This document shows, in pieces, positions 31,973 through 42,542 of a stretch of 64,000 bases of DNA. The notes beneath the pieces are model-generated. The model was given only the letters and a program-made list of their open reading frames with translations, did not search any database and had not been told where the DNA came from. This stretch comes from a virus (Duplodnaviria > Caudoviricetes). Both the position numbers and the translations under genes were made by a program. The stretch's first letter is position 1. The number at the start of each line of letters is the position of its first letter. The stretch is taken from positions 32,001-96,000 of IMG/VR virus record IMGVR_UViG_2907233695_000001. One strand, given 5' to 3'.

Positions 31973-32431
31973 TCACTTATTAATTACATACTGTTCATAC
32001 TGACCCAAATCAATCGTCCACTGCTTTGTCGATCTTTCTCTCCATTCTTTAAATGCATGTTTCCTGTGTGATTCATATTCCTTTTTTGTGCAATTATTAA
32101 CTTTCATGAAATGAGAAACTAATTCATCTAAATTTAATTCACCCTTTTGTGCAAGAATATTGGCGTAACCATGATGTTTAATCAAATGGCACGGTTTACA
32201 AATTGCAATTAATCCTACAAGTTTCTGGATCAAGTCAGTCTCGTCGTATTCCCAAATTTCATGACAGTCAAGAACTACATTTTCAGCACCACATATTCCA
32301 CAAGTTACTTTATATTTTGAATAAGTTTGTTTTCTCAATTTATCCCAAGTTTCTTTCGAGACAACTTTTCTGAGATTATTGTAAAAAGAAGTTTCTGGCA
32401 CTAAATCTATTTCTAATTTCAATTTCTCCAT
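31973..32431 (-). CDS. HNH-family protein
   Basis: CGICG...CHEIWEY...CKPCH. Confidence 0.75.
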   Translation of the reverse strand: MEKLKLEIDLVPETSFYNNLRKVVSKETWDKLRKQTYSKYKVTCGICGAENVVLDCHEIWEYDETDLIQKLVGLIAICKPCHLIKHHGYANILAQKGELNLDELVSHFMKVNNCTKKEYESHRKHAFKEWRERSTKQWTIDLGQYEQYVINK

Positions 32432-32517
32432 TTTTACACCTCCATCAATCTCGCTCATGTTCTCTAATGCTCTGTTTTTCATCATCATTTTTACAATGAA
32501 ATCTGAATTTTAACGAC

Positions 32518-32733
32518 TCAGTACTTCTCACCATTATCATTCAATATCTCTACAACCTGTTCAATCGGAACCTTGAGAATTGAGCAAAGTCTGTCGATGG
32601 TTTCCAACGTAATCGACTCACCCTTTCTGATCTTAGCAAGTGTCCTCGATGAGAAACCATGAGATTCAATCAACTCTTTAAATGTCATTTCTTGTTCCTC
32701 TAGAGTTTTCAATAATGGACTAAAATTAATCAT
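32518..32733 (-). CDS. Cro/C1-type HTH regulator
   Basis: TLAKIRKGESITLETIDRLCSIL. Confidence 0.9.
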   Translation of the reverse strand: MINFSPLLKTLEEQEMTFKELIESHGFSSRTLAKIRKGESITLETIDRLCSILKVPIEQVVEILNDNGEKY

Positions 32734-32771
32734 CTTATCACCTCAATAACCAACATAATTTCCATATATTG

Positions 32772-32800
32772 AATATAACATGTTTACATGTGTAAATCAA
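32772..32800 (-). promoter_or_regulatory. SigA promoter with operator palindrome
   Basis: TTGATT-17-TATATT; TTTACATGTGTAAA 32783-32796. Confidence 0.7.
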
Positions 32801-32878
32801 TACGATAATTAATATTTTATATATTATTCATCTTTTATTTTTTTCATGATAAGAGGCATTGCTGCCTCATAAAACTTA

Positions 32879-33556
32879 TTACTTCATTGGTTTTAATTTT
32901 AATGCCCTATACGTCATCAAACATGCTTCTAAGTAATCGCGTTCGTCAGATGTTAAATTTGTCATCGAATAAGAATTAGAGCGAGCATTAAGAAACCATT
33001 GGGGAATACTTGTTTCTTCTTCCTTTAGATATTCTTCAAATTTAGTTTTAATGATAATACCTTGTTTTTTTCTAGTATCTTTCCATTTCTGAAATCTAAG
33101 TAAATGATTCAATTGCATTAACAACTCAATAGGATTATTCAAATACAAAGTTTCATCTATATCAATAGGTAGTTGATATTGCATCTTTAGACGTTTCAAC
33201 TTAACTAAATCATCTTTATGCTGTTTCCCTTTGTCTGCTATGGCAGATAAATCGCCTATCATCGTTAACAAATCTGTTACCAAGTCGGCCTTGTTAAGTT
33301 CCTCTTTAACTTCTTCTGGAGCCTTCTCCATATATGCTGCTCGAATCAACAGTTCAGGATCGTTTCCAGTTAATTCTGCAATTGCCCTGTTCAATTCGTT
33401 ATTCGCAGGAGAAACCTTCCCATTTTGCAACTTACTCAAATAGGCTTTATCAACTTGGAATCCAATTTTCTTAAGTTTGTTCGATAATACTTGCAGTGAA
33501 AATGGAGACCTTGCTATATAATCCTTTATCATGTCAGCATAGTTCATTATCATCAC
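32879..33556 (-). CDS. XRE-family repressor
   Basis: YLSKLQNGKVSPA...LIRAAYMEKAP. Confidence 0.85.
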   Translation of the reverse strand: MMIMNYADMIKDYIARSPFSLQVLSNKLKKIGFQVDKAYLSKLQNGKVSPANNELNRAIAELTGNDPELLIRAAYMEKAPEEVKEELNKADLVTDLLTMIGDLSAIADKGKQHKDDLVKLKRLKMQYQLPIDIDETLYLNNPIELLMQLNHLLRFQKWKDTRKKQGIIIKTKFEEYLKEEETSIPQWFLNARSNSYSMTNLTSDERDYLEACLMTYRALKLKPMK

Positions 33557-33577
33557 CCGTTACATATCATACCACTC

Positions 33578-33669
33578 GTTGTATTTTTTAGTCAACCAAT
33601 GTTGTACGTTGACTACAACGAATATATGTAGTATATTAAATACAACAATCGTTGTACTAGTTTTACTAC
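33578..33669. promoter_or_regulatory. Four GTTGTA-N7-TACAAC operators over divergent promoters
   Basis: Sites 33578-96, 33601-19, 33628-46, 33651-69; rightward TTGACT(33609)-17-TATATT, leftward TTGACT-18-TATGAT. Confidence 0.85.
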
Positions 33670-33688
33670 GTTTAAGGGAAAGGAGATG

Positions 33689-33726
33689 AGAACAAATATG
33701 CGAACATAAATACGAACAAGTGTTTG
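33689..33726 (+). promoter_or_regulatory. Tandem LexA-box-like sites
   Basis: GAAC half-sites at 12-bp period; best site CGAACAAGTGTTTG 33713-33726. Confidence 0.65.
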
Positions 33727-33808
33727 TAATTTCCAGCAAGTCATGCTATTATATATTCAACCGTTACAGAACAGCCCACGCCCACCAAAATGAATCGGAG
33801 ATGGTTAC

Positions 33809-34042
33809 ATGGAGCCGCAAAAGACACGAAGAGCATGGGGTAAACTCGAAATATACCTTGAACACCCTACCCAATATTACAGCCGTGAGGAAGTCATAAA
33901 AGCAGCTACAGACGCTCTCAATAGTAAGCTAATCACTGTACTCGATGGCGATATACATACGTCTGACGGACGCTGCTTTCCACTTATAGCGACCAACTGC
34001 AAATTGACATGGCTTGATGCTGTGTCAGATGATGAATTATAA
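33809..34042 (+). CDS. Hypothetical protein under Xre/LexA control
   Basis: RBS GGAG; followed by a terminator. Confidence 0.7.
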   Translation: MEPQKTRRAWGKLEIYLEHPTQYYSREEVIKAATDALNSKLITVLDGDIHTSDGRCFPLIATNCKLTWLDAVSDDEL

Positions 34043-34048
34043 ACAAAG

Positions 34049-34090
34049 AAACCTGCTTCCGAATCGCCCACGGAAACAGGTTTTATTTTT
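34049..34090 (+). terminator. Intrinsic terminator between convergent genes
   Basis: AACCTGCTTCCG...CGGAAACAGGTT followed by a T run. Confidence 0.65.
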
Positions 34091-34469
34091 ACCATCTAGT
34101 TAAATCCACATTGCGTACTACTTCTTTGTTATTGTTTTTAGTATCCACTATCCGGTAACGATCAGCAAGGAAGAATGTCAATGCACTTTTATGGTTACTA
34201 GTTAATCCCGTTTTTATCCATGTCTCCATTTTATTAACTGGATCATAATTGGATAATCTCTCTAGACAGTACCTTTTACTCTTTGAATCACTCATTGCTC
34301 TCCCCAGCTTTACTTTTTTCAATAACGTTTTTCGTCATTGACACACATTATAATAACGCAAAACGCTATTGTCAAGGAATTTATTTGTATTATTTTGGGT
34401 ACGGCAATATAATTGTTTATGCTGCACTGATAACACTTCGATCTTAATTGGCAAATAAAGGGGATACAT

Positions 34470-34718
34470 ATGACGAAACGAAGAGTAGTCAAATCAAACT
34501 TAAAGGATTTGCTTCGAAAGCATGGAATAGATCAGAAAACACTACATAACATCTCTAAAGTTAGGGAATTAACTATAGGCGACATGGTTAAGGATGAAAA
34601 CAAGATGTTTGCCAGAGATAATTTAAATAGCATAATCAATGCTTTGGGTGTGAAGGATATAAAGGAACTTATAACCATTGTAGAAGTCGATGAAAAAGAT
34701 GATAAGGGAAAGAAATAA
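34470..34718 (+). CDS. Cro/C1-type HTH protein
   Basis: LKDLLRKHGIDQKTL...IINALGVKDIKELI. Confidence 0.8.
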   Translation: MTKRRVVKSNLKDLLRKHGIDQKTLHNISKVRELTIGDMVKDENKMFARDNLNSIINALGVKDIKELITIVEVDEKDDKGKK

Positions 34719-34752
34719 ACACAGGTAGATTAATTCTTCCTGTGTTTTATAT

Positions 34753-35277
34753 TTATATTGAAGTTGATGACGTTTGAAATAAGTCAAATAAGTCCATGAG
34801 AATATCCGAATTAGTATACGCGGCAATCGCCTTATCTGAGATACGACTCAAGAATGATCCAATATCTTTAAACAGCTCAACTGGATTCATAAACTTTCCA
34901 TTCGCATCAATGAGACCAAAATGGAGATGATTGCCCGTTGAGTTTCCGCTGCTTCCGCATTTTCCAATTGCGTCTCCCCGTTGAACAAAATCTCCAACGT
35001 GTAACTTTGTTGACTCGCTAAAATGCCCGAACACCATTTGCTTACCGTCATTTAGTTTTATGATGATCCCATGGCCTAAACCTTTTGATCCTTGCTCGAC
35101 TACTCGTGACACAACCCCACTTAGAGGCGCATAAATCGAATCTCCTGCGTTGCACGTAAAGTCGATGCCCGTATGAGGAATTTTATGAACTGAGTCTACT
35201 GATCCGAATCCTGCGCTTACAGTGCCCACAGGAACAATCATAGTAACGAATCCACTCTTACGATAAACCACTTCCAT
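34753..35277 (-). CDS. M23 family metallopeptidase
   Basis: HTGID, FGH, GNSTGNHLHF. Confidence 0.9.
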   Translation of the reverse strand: MEVVYRKSGFVTMIVPVGTVSAGFGSVDSVHKIPHTGIDFTCNAGDSIYAPLSGVVSRVVEQGSKGLGHGIIIKLNDGKQMVFGHFSESTKLHVGDFVQRGDAIGKCGSSGNSTGNHLHFGLIDANGKFMNPVELFKDIGSFLSRISDKAIAAYTNSDILMDLFDLFQTSSTSI

Positions 35278-36936
35278 GATGAACTCACCTCATGATGTCT
35301 TCTTCCTTCATAAATAATGGGTAGCAACGCAATCCGAACATTGTTATGGTCTCTTTGCTTATCTTTTGCAGTAGTATCATAATTCTTCGTACTATAATTT
35401 AGTTTTAGCTCACTGTACTCATCTAATTGAAAAACATGATAGTCAGTTATGTCGTACATGACAGCAGGTTTAAGAATATAGTCATCGCATATTTTCACTG
35501 CTTTTGATTCATCTGTCCCATTAAGTTGAAATCGTTTAATTGCTTCTTTAATAATATGCTGATACTTCGCCTTACCTTCACCAGCGATTTTACCATTGCT
35601 ATAAGTTGCGTTTATTACAGGGAGACTAAATACCCAATAATACTTAGCCCACCAATTCCAACCGTCTCGTATCTCTGTCACTGTAACTTTTACACTTTTT
35701 AGAGGTGGCAATCCTTCAAATAACCTATCGAACATATTTGGTTCGCTATTATGGAAATTTGAAAAATCAAACGTCTTTGATCTGATTTTAGGGTCTTTTG
35801 ACCAATATACGTCTTCACTTTTTCGCATAGTAGCCTCCGCAAAAGATTATTTGTTTTCAACCACCAGTCCGATTGATTTTAAATATTCAATTTGAGCATC
35901 CGTTATCAGCAAAATGTCTTCTATTGTGTACAACTTTCCTTTATTCTTCAAATAATCTTGAATAAACTCTGCTTCTTCGAGTTCATCTACTTTCACTAAG
36001 ATCACTTCTCCTTGAACAATGTTGTGTACCAAACACTCCTTAACTTATAAGGAAAGACGAGTTTCATAAGCTTTTAAAAATTTCAGTAAGATCAATGGCA
36101 TCTTCAAATGCAATCTCATGAATATAGCATTCTCCAGAAACAACTTCGCCATTGTTCCTGATTTCAGTGCATACAATACCTCCACCTGAATATCGAAGCG
36201 GAATAACTATGATATTATCGCATCTTGGCAATTTTAAAATTTTCATACTTACCTCCAGTTGAATCACAAATTTTAAGCCGATTTAACTAATTTACTTTTA
36301 ATCTGCTGTAACGATAAATCTTTAACCATTCTACAGTAATAATCAAAACTGCTGGAATTCAAATCTTCGACTGTTATAAGCTCATCTGTATAGTTGTCGA
36401 TGATATCAACTTTGAATCCATTCGGCTTTTCAAAAATTACAAAAGTTACATCAGCGTAGTAATCATGCTCATCAAGGATTGTTTCTGCTGCATCTGCTGT
36501 TATGTATTCACTGTTAGAAATAATCCGCTTAAGTAAATAGTCTCTTTCAATAAATCGAATCCTCTTGGCATTTTTCACGTTTTAAATCCTCCCATATTCC
36601 TTTTTAGCGTCATTGACTGCCCACACAATACCAACCATTACAGCAAGCCATAGGATCGAACCTAACGCTTTCCACCAAGTTGAATCTATAAAGTCCATAC
36701 ATCGGCCTCCTCTTTATATGTATCCCGTTCCTCTTTGGTGTGGAATACGCTTAATATAGAACTACGATAAGTTTTTACACGTTGCTTTCCGTTAATAAAA
36801 ACAGAAGCCAAGTATTTTTCTTGCTCTGGATAATAATCCTTAATGATTGCTTTACCCAAACCATTAATCCAAACTGCTTGATTCTTTGCGAAGATCATTT
36901 TTTGTTGTCCTCCTGTTATATGATAAATCGAAGATT

Positions 36937-37425
36937 TTATCGAGGTAAATCACGAGAAAAGACAGACCCACGCTTAGGTGCTGCTACTTCTTCTGGAGCA
37001 ATCCCTTTACCTACTACACTCAAACGGCCTTCATCGTACCATTGCCCATCACGAGGCTTACCATCTTTATCAACTGGAGGTTCTACCCAATATTGATTAC
37101 AATTATGAAGGTTTTCAATTACCACTAATACCTTACCTCGAAAACCAGACACTTTATCCTGAACTTCTGTACCCAGAGGAATAGCATATATTTTTTGATA
37201 TTCATCTTCTCCATGCACTGCTTTAGAATCATCGACAATTTCAATTCTAGACTCATCAAAATACTCCGTTTTCTTGGGTGTTCCATCTGATGCTAATTCT
37301 TGAGGTGCTATGCCATATTGAGCACATCCGAACAAATGAGCGTTACGAGCAATAATAATACCTTCAAATCCAGATACACTGTCTTTAGCTACTACGTTCA
37401 TTGGATAATTAAATTTTGTTTGCAT
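36937..37425 (-). CDS. Protein made of two tandem copies of one small domain
   Basis: DxVSGFxG...LxxCxQY...P...DGxP...DExR occurs twice. Confidence 0.75.
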   Translation of the reverse strand: MQTKFNYPMNVVAKDSVSGFEGIIIARNAHLFGCAQYGIAPQELASDGTPKKTEYFDESRIEIVDDSKAVHGEDEYQKIYAIPLGTEVQDKVSGFRGKVLVVIENLHNCNQYWVEPPVDKDGKPRDGQWYDEGRLSVVGKGIAPEEVAAPKRGSVFSRDLPR

Positions 37426-40400
37426 TGTAGTCCATCTCCTAGTTTTTATTTTGTTATGATTAAAAAAGCTGCTCTTTATCAAAATTCCTCAATTGAGACC
37501 AATTCATAATTACAACAATTTTTAATCGCCTCGGCTTGAGCAAGAATTAATGCTTCTTTCTCACAAAATGCATAAACTGTAGTCGTCCATCCAATCAATC
37601 TCACTTCATATTTCTTAGGTTTCATTTTTCATCTCTCCTGCTATCGAATAAAATTGCTTTTTCATTAGTTCAATCTAATCACATGTTGAGTCTTACACTT
37701 TTTACATTCTACATAGAAAGAACCAATATATTCCCAATGATGTTGATGCAATAACTTACAAATTAACTGTTTCAATTTTCAAATTCCCCTTTGCTTCAAT
37801 ACTTCTGGCCTCATACTCTGCATCCGTCTCGCTGTTATAGCAGGTTTTACATTCATCATAGAAACCAAAATGAACCTCTCCACAATTGCTACAGACTTTA
37901 AATTCAACCTCTACCATGCACACTCAACTCCTATGCATAATTTAGTTTTCAACTTGCCTGAGCCAATCCTAGAGCCTCTAAGACTTCATCATAGATACCA
38001 TTGTCATAGATAAACTGATTTACATGTTCAACTTCTTCATTGGTGAGCGAGATTTCAAAAGCCTCCGTACCTTCAAGCAGTGCCGTTATGATGATTTCAC
38101 CATCTGGATCATAAACCAGATTCAAAATAGTCACTACGTTAACACCAATCTCAGCAGCTTCGGCCTGAGTCAATTGCACATCTAACAATACTTCAACGAA
38201 TTCCTCTGACTTTAACACCATTACCAAACCTTTTGCTTTCATGTTCAAACACTCCTCTTGATGTTATTAGAGTAAAGATTGGTTTCCAGTTAGGCGAGTA
38301 ACATTTGGGGCAAACCATCGTTTTCTCTTGATACTCCGCAAAGGTAAATTGAGAATTACATCTTTTACATTCTTTTTTACACATTGTCATATGTATTGGT
38401 TCATCTCCTGTTTTATAGGATATTATATGCACTGGCCTATATTCATGTTACAATTCAATTCATATATTTTTCTTTTATAACTTTTGCAATGGCCTCGTTA
38501 ATCTTATACGTATCATAACCGATGTGTATTTCGTAAATAGTGAAATTGCTGTATGCAGGAAATTTGCGTGATGTAAGCTTGAATGGTTCGCCTGATCTAA
38601 TCCGCTGCAATAGTTCTTGAGTGGTTATTCCAGACACATAAATCAACTCCTCGCAAATTGTTGCTCCTTATTGATAAAGTCAATCATGTTATCAATAGCC
38701 TCGCTTCTAGACTTACCAAAAGCCACTCTGCCAAACAAATCTTCAACCACCCACATAAAGCCACGTTGATAAATTGAAAAATTCTCTTTTTGTTTGTTGC
38801 CGTTAATAATTTCTTGAAAGTCAAATTCACTGCCCATGTTTATCTCCTCCATTCCACAATTTAATCAATTCATGCTAAATGCTACAACTAAATACATCTT
38901 GTTATCAATAGTAAAAACTACTGTTCGGATATTTAATACATCGGAAATAACATAAGAATTTAATTTGGCATATAGATTAATTTTTCATCCCTGCTTTCCT
39001 TGTGATTCAGTGGCATAAATTCCAGCCACCCGTTTGTGCCTAGCTAAAACTTTTCATTGTCTCATAGTCTCATCTCTCCAATGGTTTATGCTTTATATAA
39101 ACAAGAAACATTATCGAGCCATTCTCAATCTTTTGAACATCATATACATTCATTAATTAATCCATTAGAATATTTCTAACTACAAACATTTAGTTTTTCC
39201 TCCATATATTATCCCTAGTAAATCCATAAAAAACCCACAAGAAGAACCAAGCCGCTGTTACTGACGTTCCAATTACACCTAGGTTTACATTTTCTAATAT
39301 GCCAGCTAAAGATACATAAGAAAATAACAATCCGAAAGACAATGAGAATATCTGTATTAGTAACATAAATATTTTTACTGCAATATGCTTATTTTTCATT
39401 TTTAACCTCGTTCAAAAGGAGTCATCGATTCAAGTCCATATACATTTCGTTTGCCATTAACGACATTGCTTCTGTGTTATTAGAAATAAGCATCATCATA
39501 AATGTTTCGTACACCTTTCTATATTCTTCTCCAGTTAAACCCTTACGATTTGCAACCTGTCTAAACTCTCCAAGTAAAGCACGTGCTTTCGCATCATTGT
39601 TTAAAACATCGATTACTTTTTGACTAATCATTTTAGACACCATCCCCTCGAAATACTTCTTTTATTGTACTTCTTTTTCCAGTTGCTCAAGTTGTTCTGC
39701 AATAAAATCAATCTGCTCCTGTGTCCAATCATCATCATATTGCCAATCATTCATTCTTAAGTTTACCTCCTCATGAAAGAATCCTTTTATCGTCTTTTTT
39801 CTAATTCTACTCGTGTTATGTCTTTTTCATTAATTCCATGTTCCTTTGTTGCTTTTTTAACTGCGTATTTTTCATCGTTAGCTATAATCCGAGTAAATAT
39901 CTCCTTACCGTTTGAAAGAGTATGGTAAACTAAATAGAAAGGTTGCGCCGTTAATCCGTTCATTTTACTTCATCTCCTTTTAAAATATTCAATTCATCAG
40001 AACCATTTGCCATAATAGTGTTCATCCTGCTTTTTCTTTGATAAGGTGTTACATTGATTTTGCTCATCTTTCAATATAATCTCTTTATCATCTTCATAAA
40101 CAATCTCATACAACTGACCCTTTGTAAAAATTATAGAAATGCAATCTTCTACACACATTAGGTTTCGTTTTTTTGATTTATCCTTTTTAATTTCATCTAA
40201 GTGATTAATTAAAAAGTCTTTACCCTCAATTGAAAGATGAATATTTTTCATTAGTTTATCAATCCTTTCTCAATCATCCATTGTCTTGTATTGCTTGAAC
40301 AGTGGTCATAAAACCCTTTTTTAACAATCCACTTTCCAGCATCAATCATATTATCAAATGTTTTTAAAACTTTCGCCGCTACATTTGAACTACCAGTGTA

Positions 40401-40547
40401 GTAAGTGTTTTGTTTAACTTGAATTTTTCTACTACCTGAAGTATTTTTTTGACTAGACTCCTGAAAAAATACAATCACTTTGTTTTCCATTTTTGAAAAT
40501 CCTCCTCATCGAATGAAAATATAGTTTCATTACCATTTGTTACCTTA

Positions 40548-40576
40548 ATATTAGCACGTTTACATATATAAATCAA
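40548..40576 (-). promoter_or_regulatory. SigA promoter with operator palindrome
   Basis: TTGATT-17-TAATAT; TTTACATATATAAA 40559-40572. Confidence 0.7.
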
Positions 40577-40716
40577 TATGTATTTTCTATATTTTACTTA
40601 ATTTATTTTCTTTATTCATATTAAAAATCCCACATATCAATTATTCATTGATACATGGGATCATGTTTTAAATTTAAATATAAACGGCAACTAGTAACAT
40701 CCCTTTCGACTGTTGG

Positions 40717-40869
40717 TTACATGACCAGCATTATTCTAATGTTTCCTTGTTCAAAACGCTTATCTTTCTCTGCTTTGCTAATTGCTTTCTGAGGATCAAT
40801 ACCCCATTCAATAAGTTTATTCATCAGCATTTCCTTTGTAAAAGCTCCTTTGCCAACAACAAGAAACAT
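40717..40869 (-). CDS. 50-aa protein downstream of mazF (not in ORF track)
   Basis: RBS AGGAG; MFLVVGKGAFTKEMLMNKLIEWGIDPQKAISKAEKDKRFEQGNIRIMLVM; terminator-like hairpin at ~40627-40661. Confidence 0.6.
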   Translation of the reverse strand: MFLVVGKGAFTKEMLMNKLIEWGIDPQKAISKAEKDKRFEQGNIRIMLVM

Positions 40870-40897
40870 ATAATCGACTCTCCTTTTAAATTTTTAT

Positions 40898-41272
40898 TTA
40901 TACACAAGCAGCAACTTGTTTTTCTGGAATATAATTAAACAATCCAAAACTAATCATAAGAGCCTCATCAACTTTAGTCATATCTCTTGTACTAACAACT
41001 GCGTCTAGTTTATGTAATACTCTTCCCTTATCTACAAATCTGCATTGTTCCAAAAGCGCAATGCTGCTTTCTTTTAAATTTAGATTAACATGAGTAGGTA
41101 ACATTTTTTTAACCTTCGAAGTAATAGGACAAATGCCCACAACTGGTGAAAATCTATTTCCAATGTCATTAGAAACAACTAGACATGGCCTCAATCCTTT
41201 TTGTTCAGCTCCCACAGCGAAGGTTAAGTCGCAAAGCACAATATCTCCACGTTTGATTTCTAATTGATCCAT
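40898..41272 (-). CDS. mazF: MazF/PemK (NdoA-like) endoribonuclease
   Basis: KRGDI...GAEQKGLRPCLVVSNDIGNRFSP...ITS...LPTHV...LLEQ...KVDEAL; catalytic Arg and Thr retained. Confidence 0.92.
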   Translation of the reverse strand: MDQLEIKRGDIVLCDLTFAVGAEQKGLRPCLVVSNDIGNRFSPVVGICPITSKVKKMLPTHVNLNLKESSIALLEQCRFVDKGRVLHKLDAVVSTRDMTKVDEALMISFGLFNYIPEKQVAACV

Positions 41273-41318
41273 ACTTTTCACTCCTATATCTAAATTCATA
41301 TTTTATGTTTATAATCAC

Positions 41319-41362
41319 ATTATACTGTTCCAATTAACCAAACACAAGCGAACATTTGTTTT
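41319..41362 (-). promoter_or_regulatory. mazF promoter with adjacent LexA-like box
   Basis: TTGTGT-17-TATAAT; CGAACATTTGTTTT at 41349-41362. Confidence 0.6.
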
Positions 41363-42430
41363 ATTTCCAACTTGTCAATACTATTTTCTGTTATGAAAAT
41401 CCATCTTGAAATATGCTCCATTTTATGGTATCGGCATCATCAATCACACCCCTTTGTATATCTTATTTATACCCAGTTTGTACATATGCTAATCATTTAA
41501 TCATTAAATTATAATCATATTTTCATTTTTAAGTAATAAAAAATCACCTCCAGCTTGCGGAGATGATCCTAAAGAAATCTACATTTTATGCTATGTCCGA
41601 ATCTCCAATTTCAAAAATAAAACCTTTGGATAAGCCTTCAGTTACTTTAACTTTGATTTTTTCACCTATGCTAACTATTTCAACTTCATCAGATATTAAT
41701 CCGATATAAGGGAAATCATGAGCATAAGCGAGACAAACCTTTTGACCAACTTCAAGCTTTTTCATTTGTATACAACTCCTTTAAATGAGAGTATGAATCA
41801 GTCATTTTATTGGAAAATCTCTTCAATGTCTTCTCTTTCGTTAATTTGCTCAAGAATGAAATCTAAGCCCCACTGAGATACTTCTTCATCGGACATCTCT
41901 TTAGGATCAAGCTTTCCAATACCTTCAGATAAGGTTTTTTCTAACATGTACTTTCCGTATTCCAGAGTTGTGTATTTATCTCCATCGATAATAAAACTTC
42001 TCATTTTCTTTCCCTCCATTTCACACAATAAAATAACCCTTTTATTTGGTAATAATATCCCAAACTAAATTAAATAAGCCTCGCTCAAACATAATGCTCT
42101 TGTACTCTCGCCATTCAGTATACGAAGTTGTGATACCCAATTTCGCTTTGTGATAACTGGTTTTAGCCTTAACAAAGAGTTCTTCATTGCTATATTCCAT
42201 ACTCAGCCCTCCAATCCTTTTCTTGTTCTGCTGCTTCTGATTTGCTTGCAACATAAATTGCGTCACCTATTTGGTTTCCTTCATGATCCTTCAACTGAAC
42301 AACCCACGAGCGTGTTCCTCTGTCGTACCATTTATCAACTTTAGCTGGTTTTTGTTCAGTATCTTCTAGTGAGAAGTTATATTTAAACTTTTTCATTTCG
42401 ACACCTCCTATGTATTTCCTTCTTGACTCC

Positions 42431-42459
42431 ATTATAACCCATATATTTATATATGTAAA
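42431..42459 (-). promoter_or_regulatory. SigA promoter with operator palindrome
   Basis: TTTACA-17-TATAAT; TTTATATATGTAAA 42446-42459. Confidence 0.7.
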
Positions 42460-42542
42460 GTTTTAATATCTATATTTTACTTTATTTATTTTCAAACGAA
42501 ATCATCTTTTCAATGGGAAAAGAAAAAGCCCTAAAAAAGGGC

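Larger units (their letters stand above)
35238..42432 (-). other. Array of small co-oriented accessory genes
   Basis: More than 20 short ORFs, many with junction motifs. Confidence 0.75.

Noticed and set aside
41390-41765. MazE antitoxin upstream of mazF
   Set aside because: Only an ~18-codon stub and an unrelated ~59-aa ORF followed by a terminator-like hairpin; no RHH or AbrB pattern.
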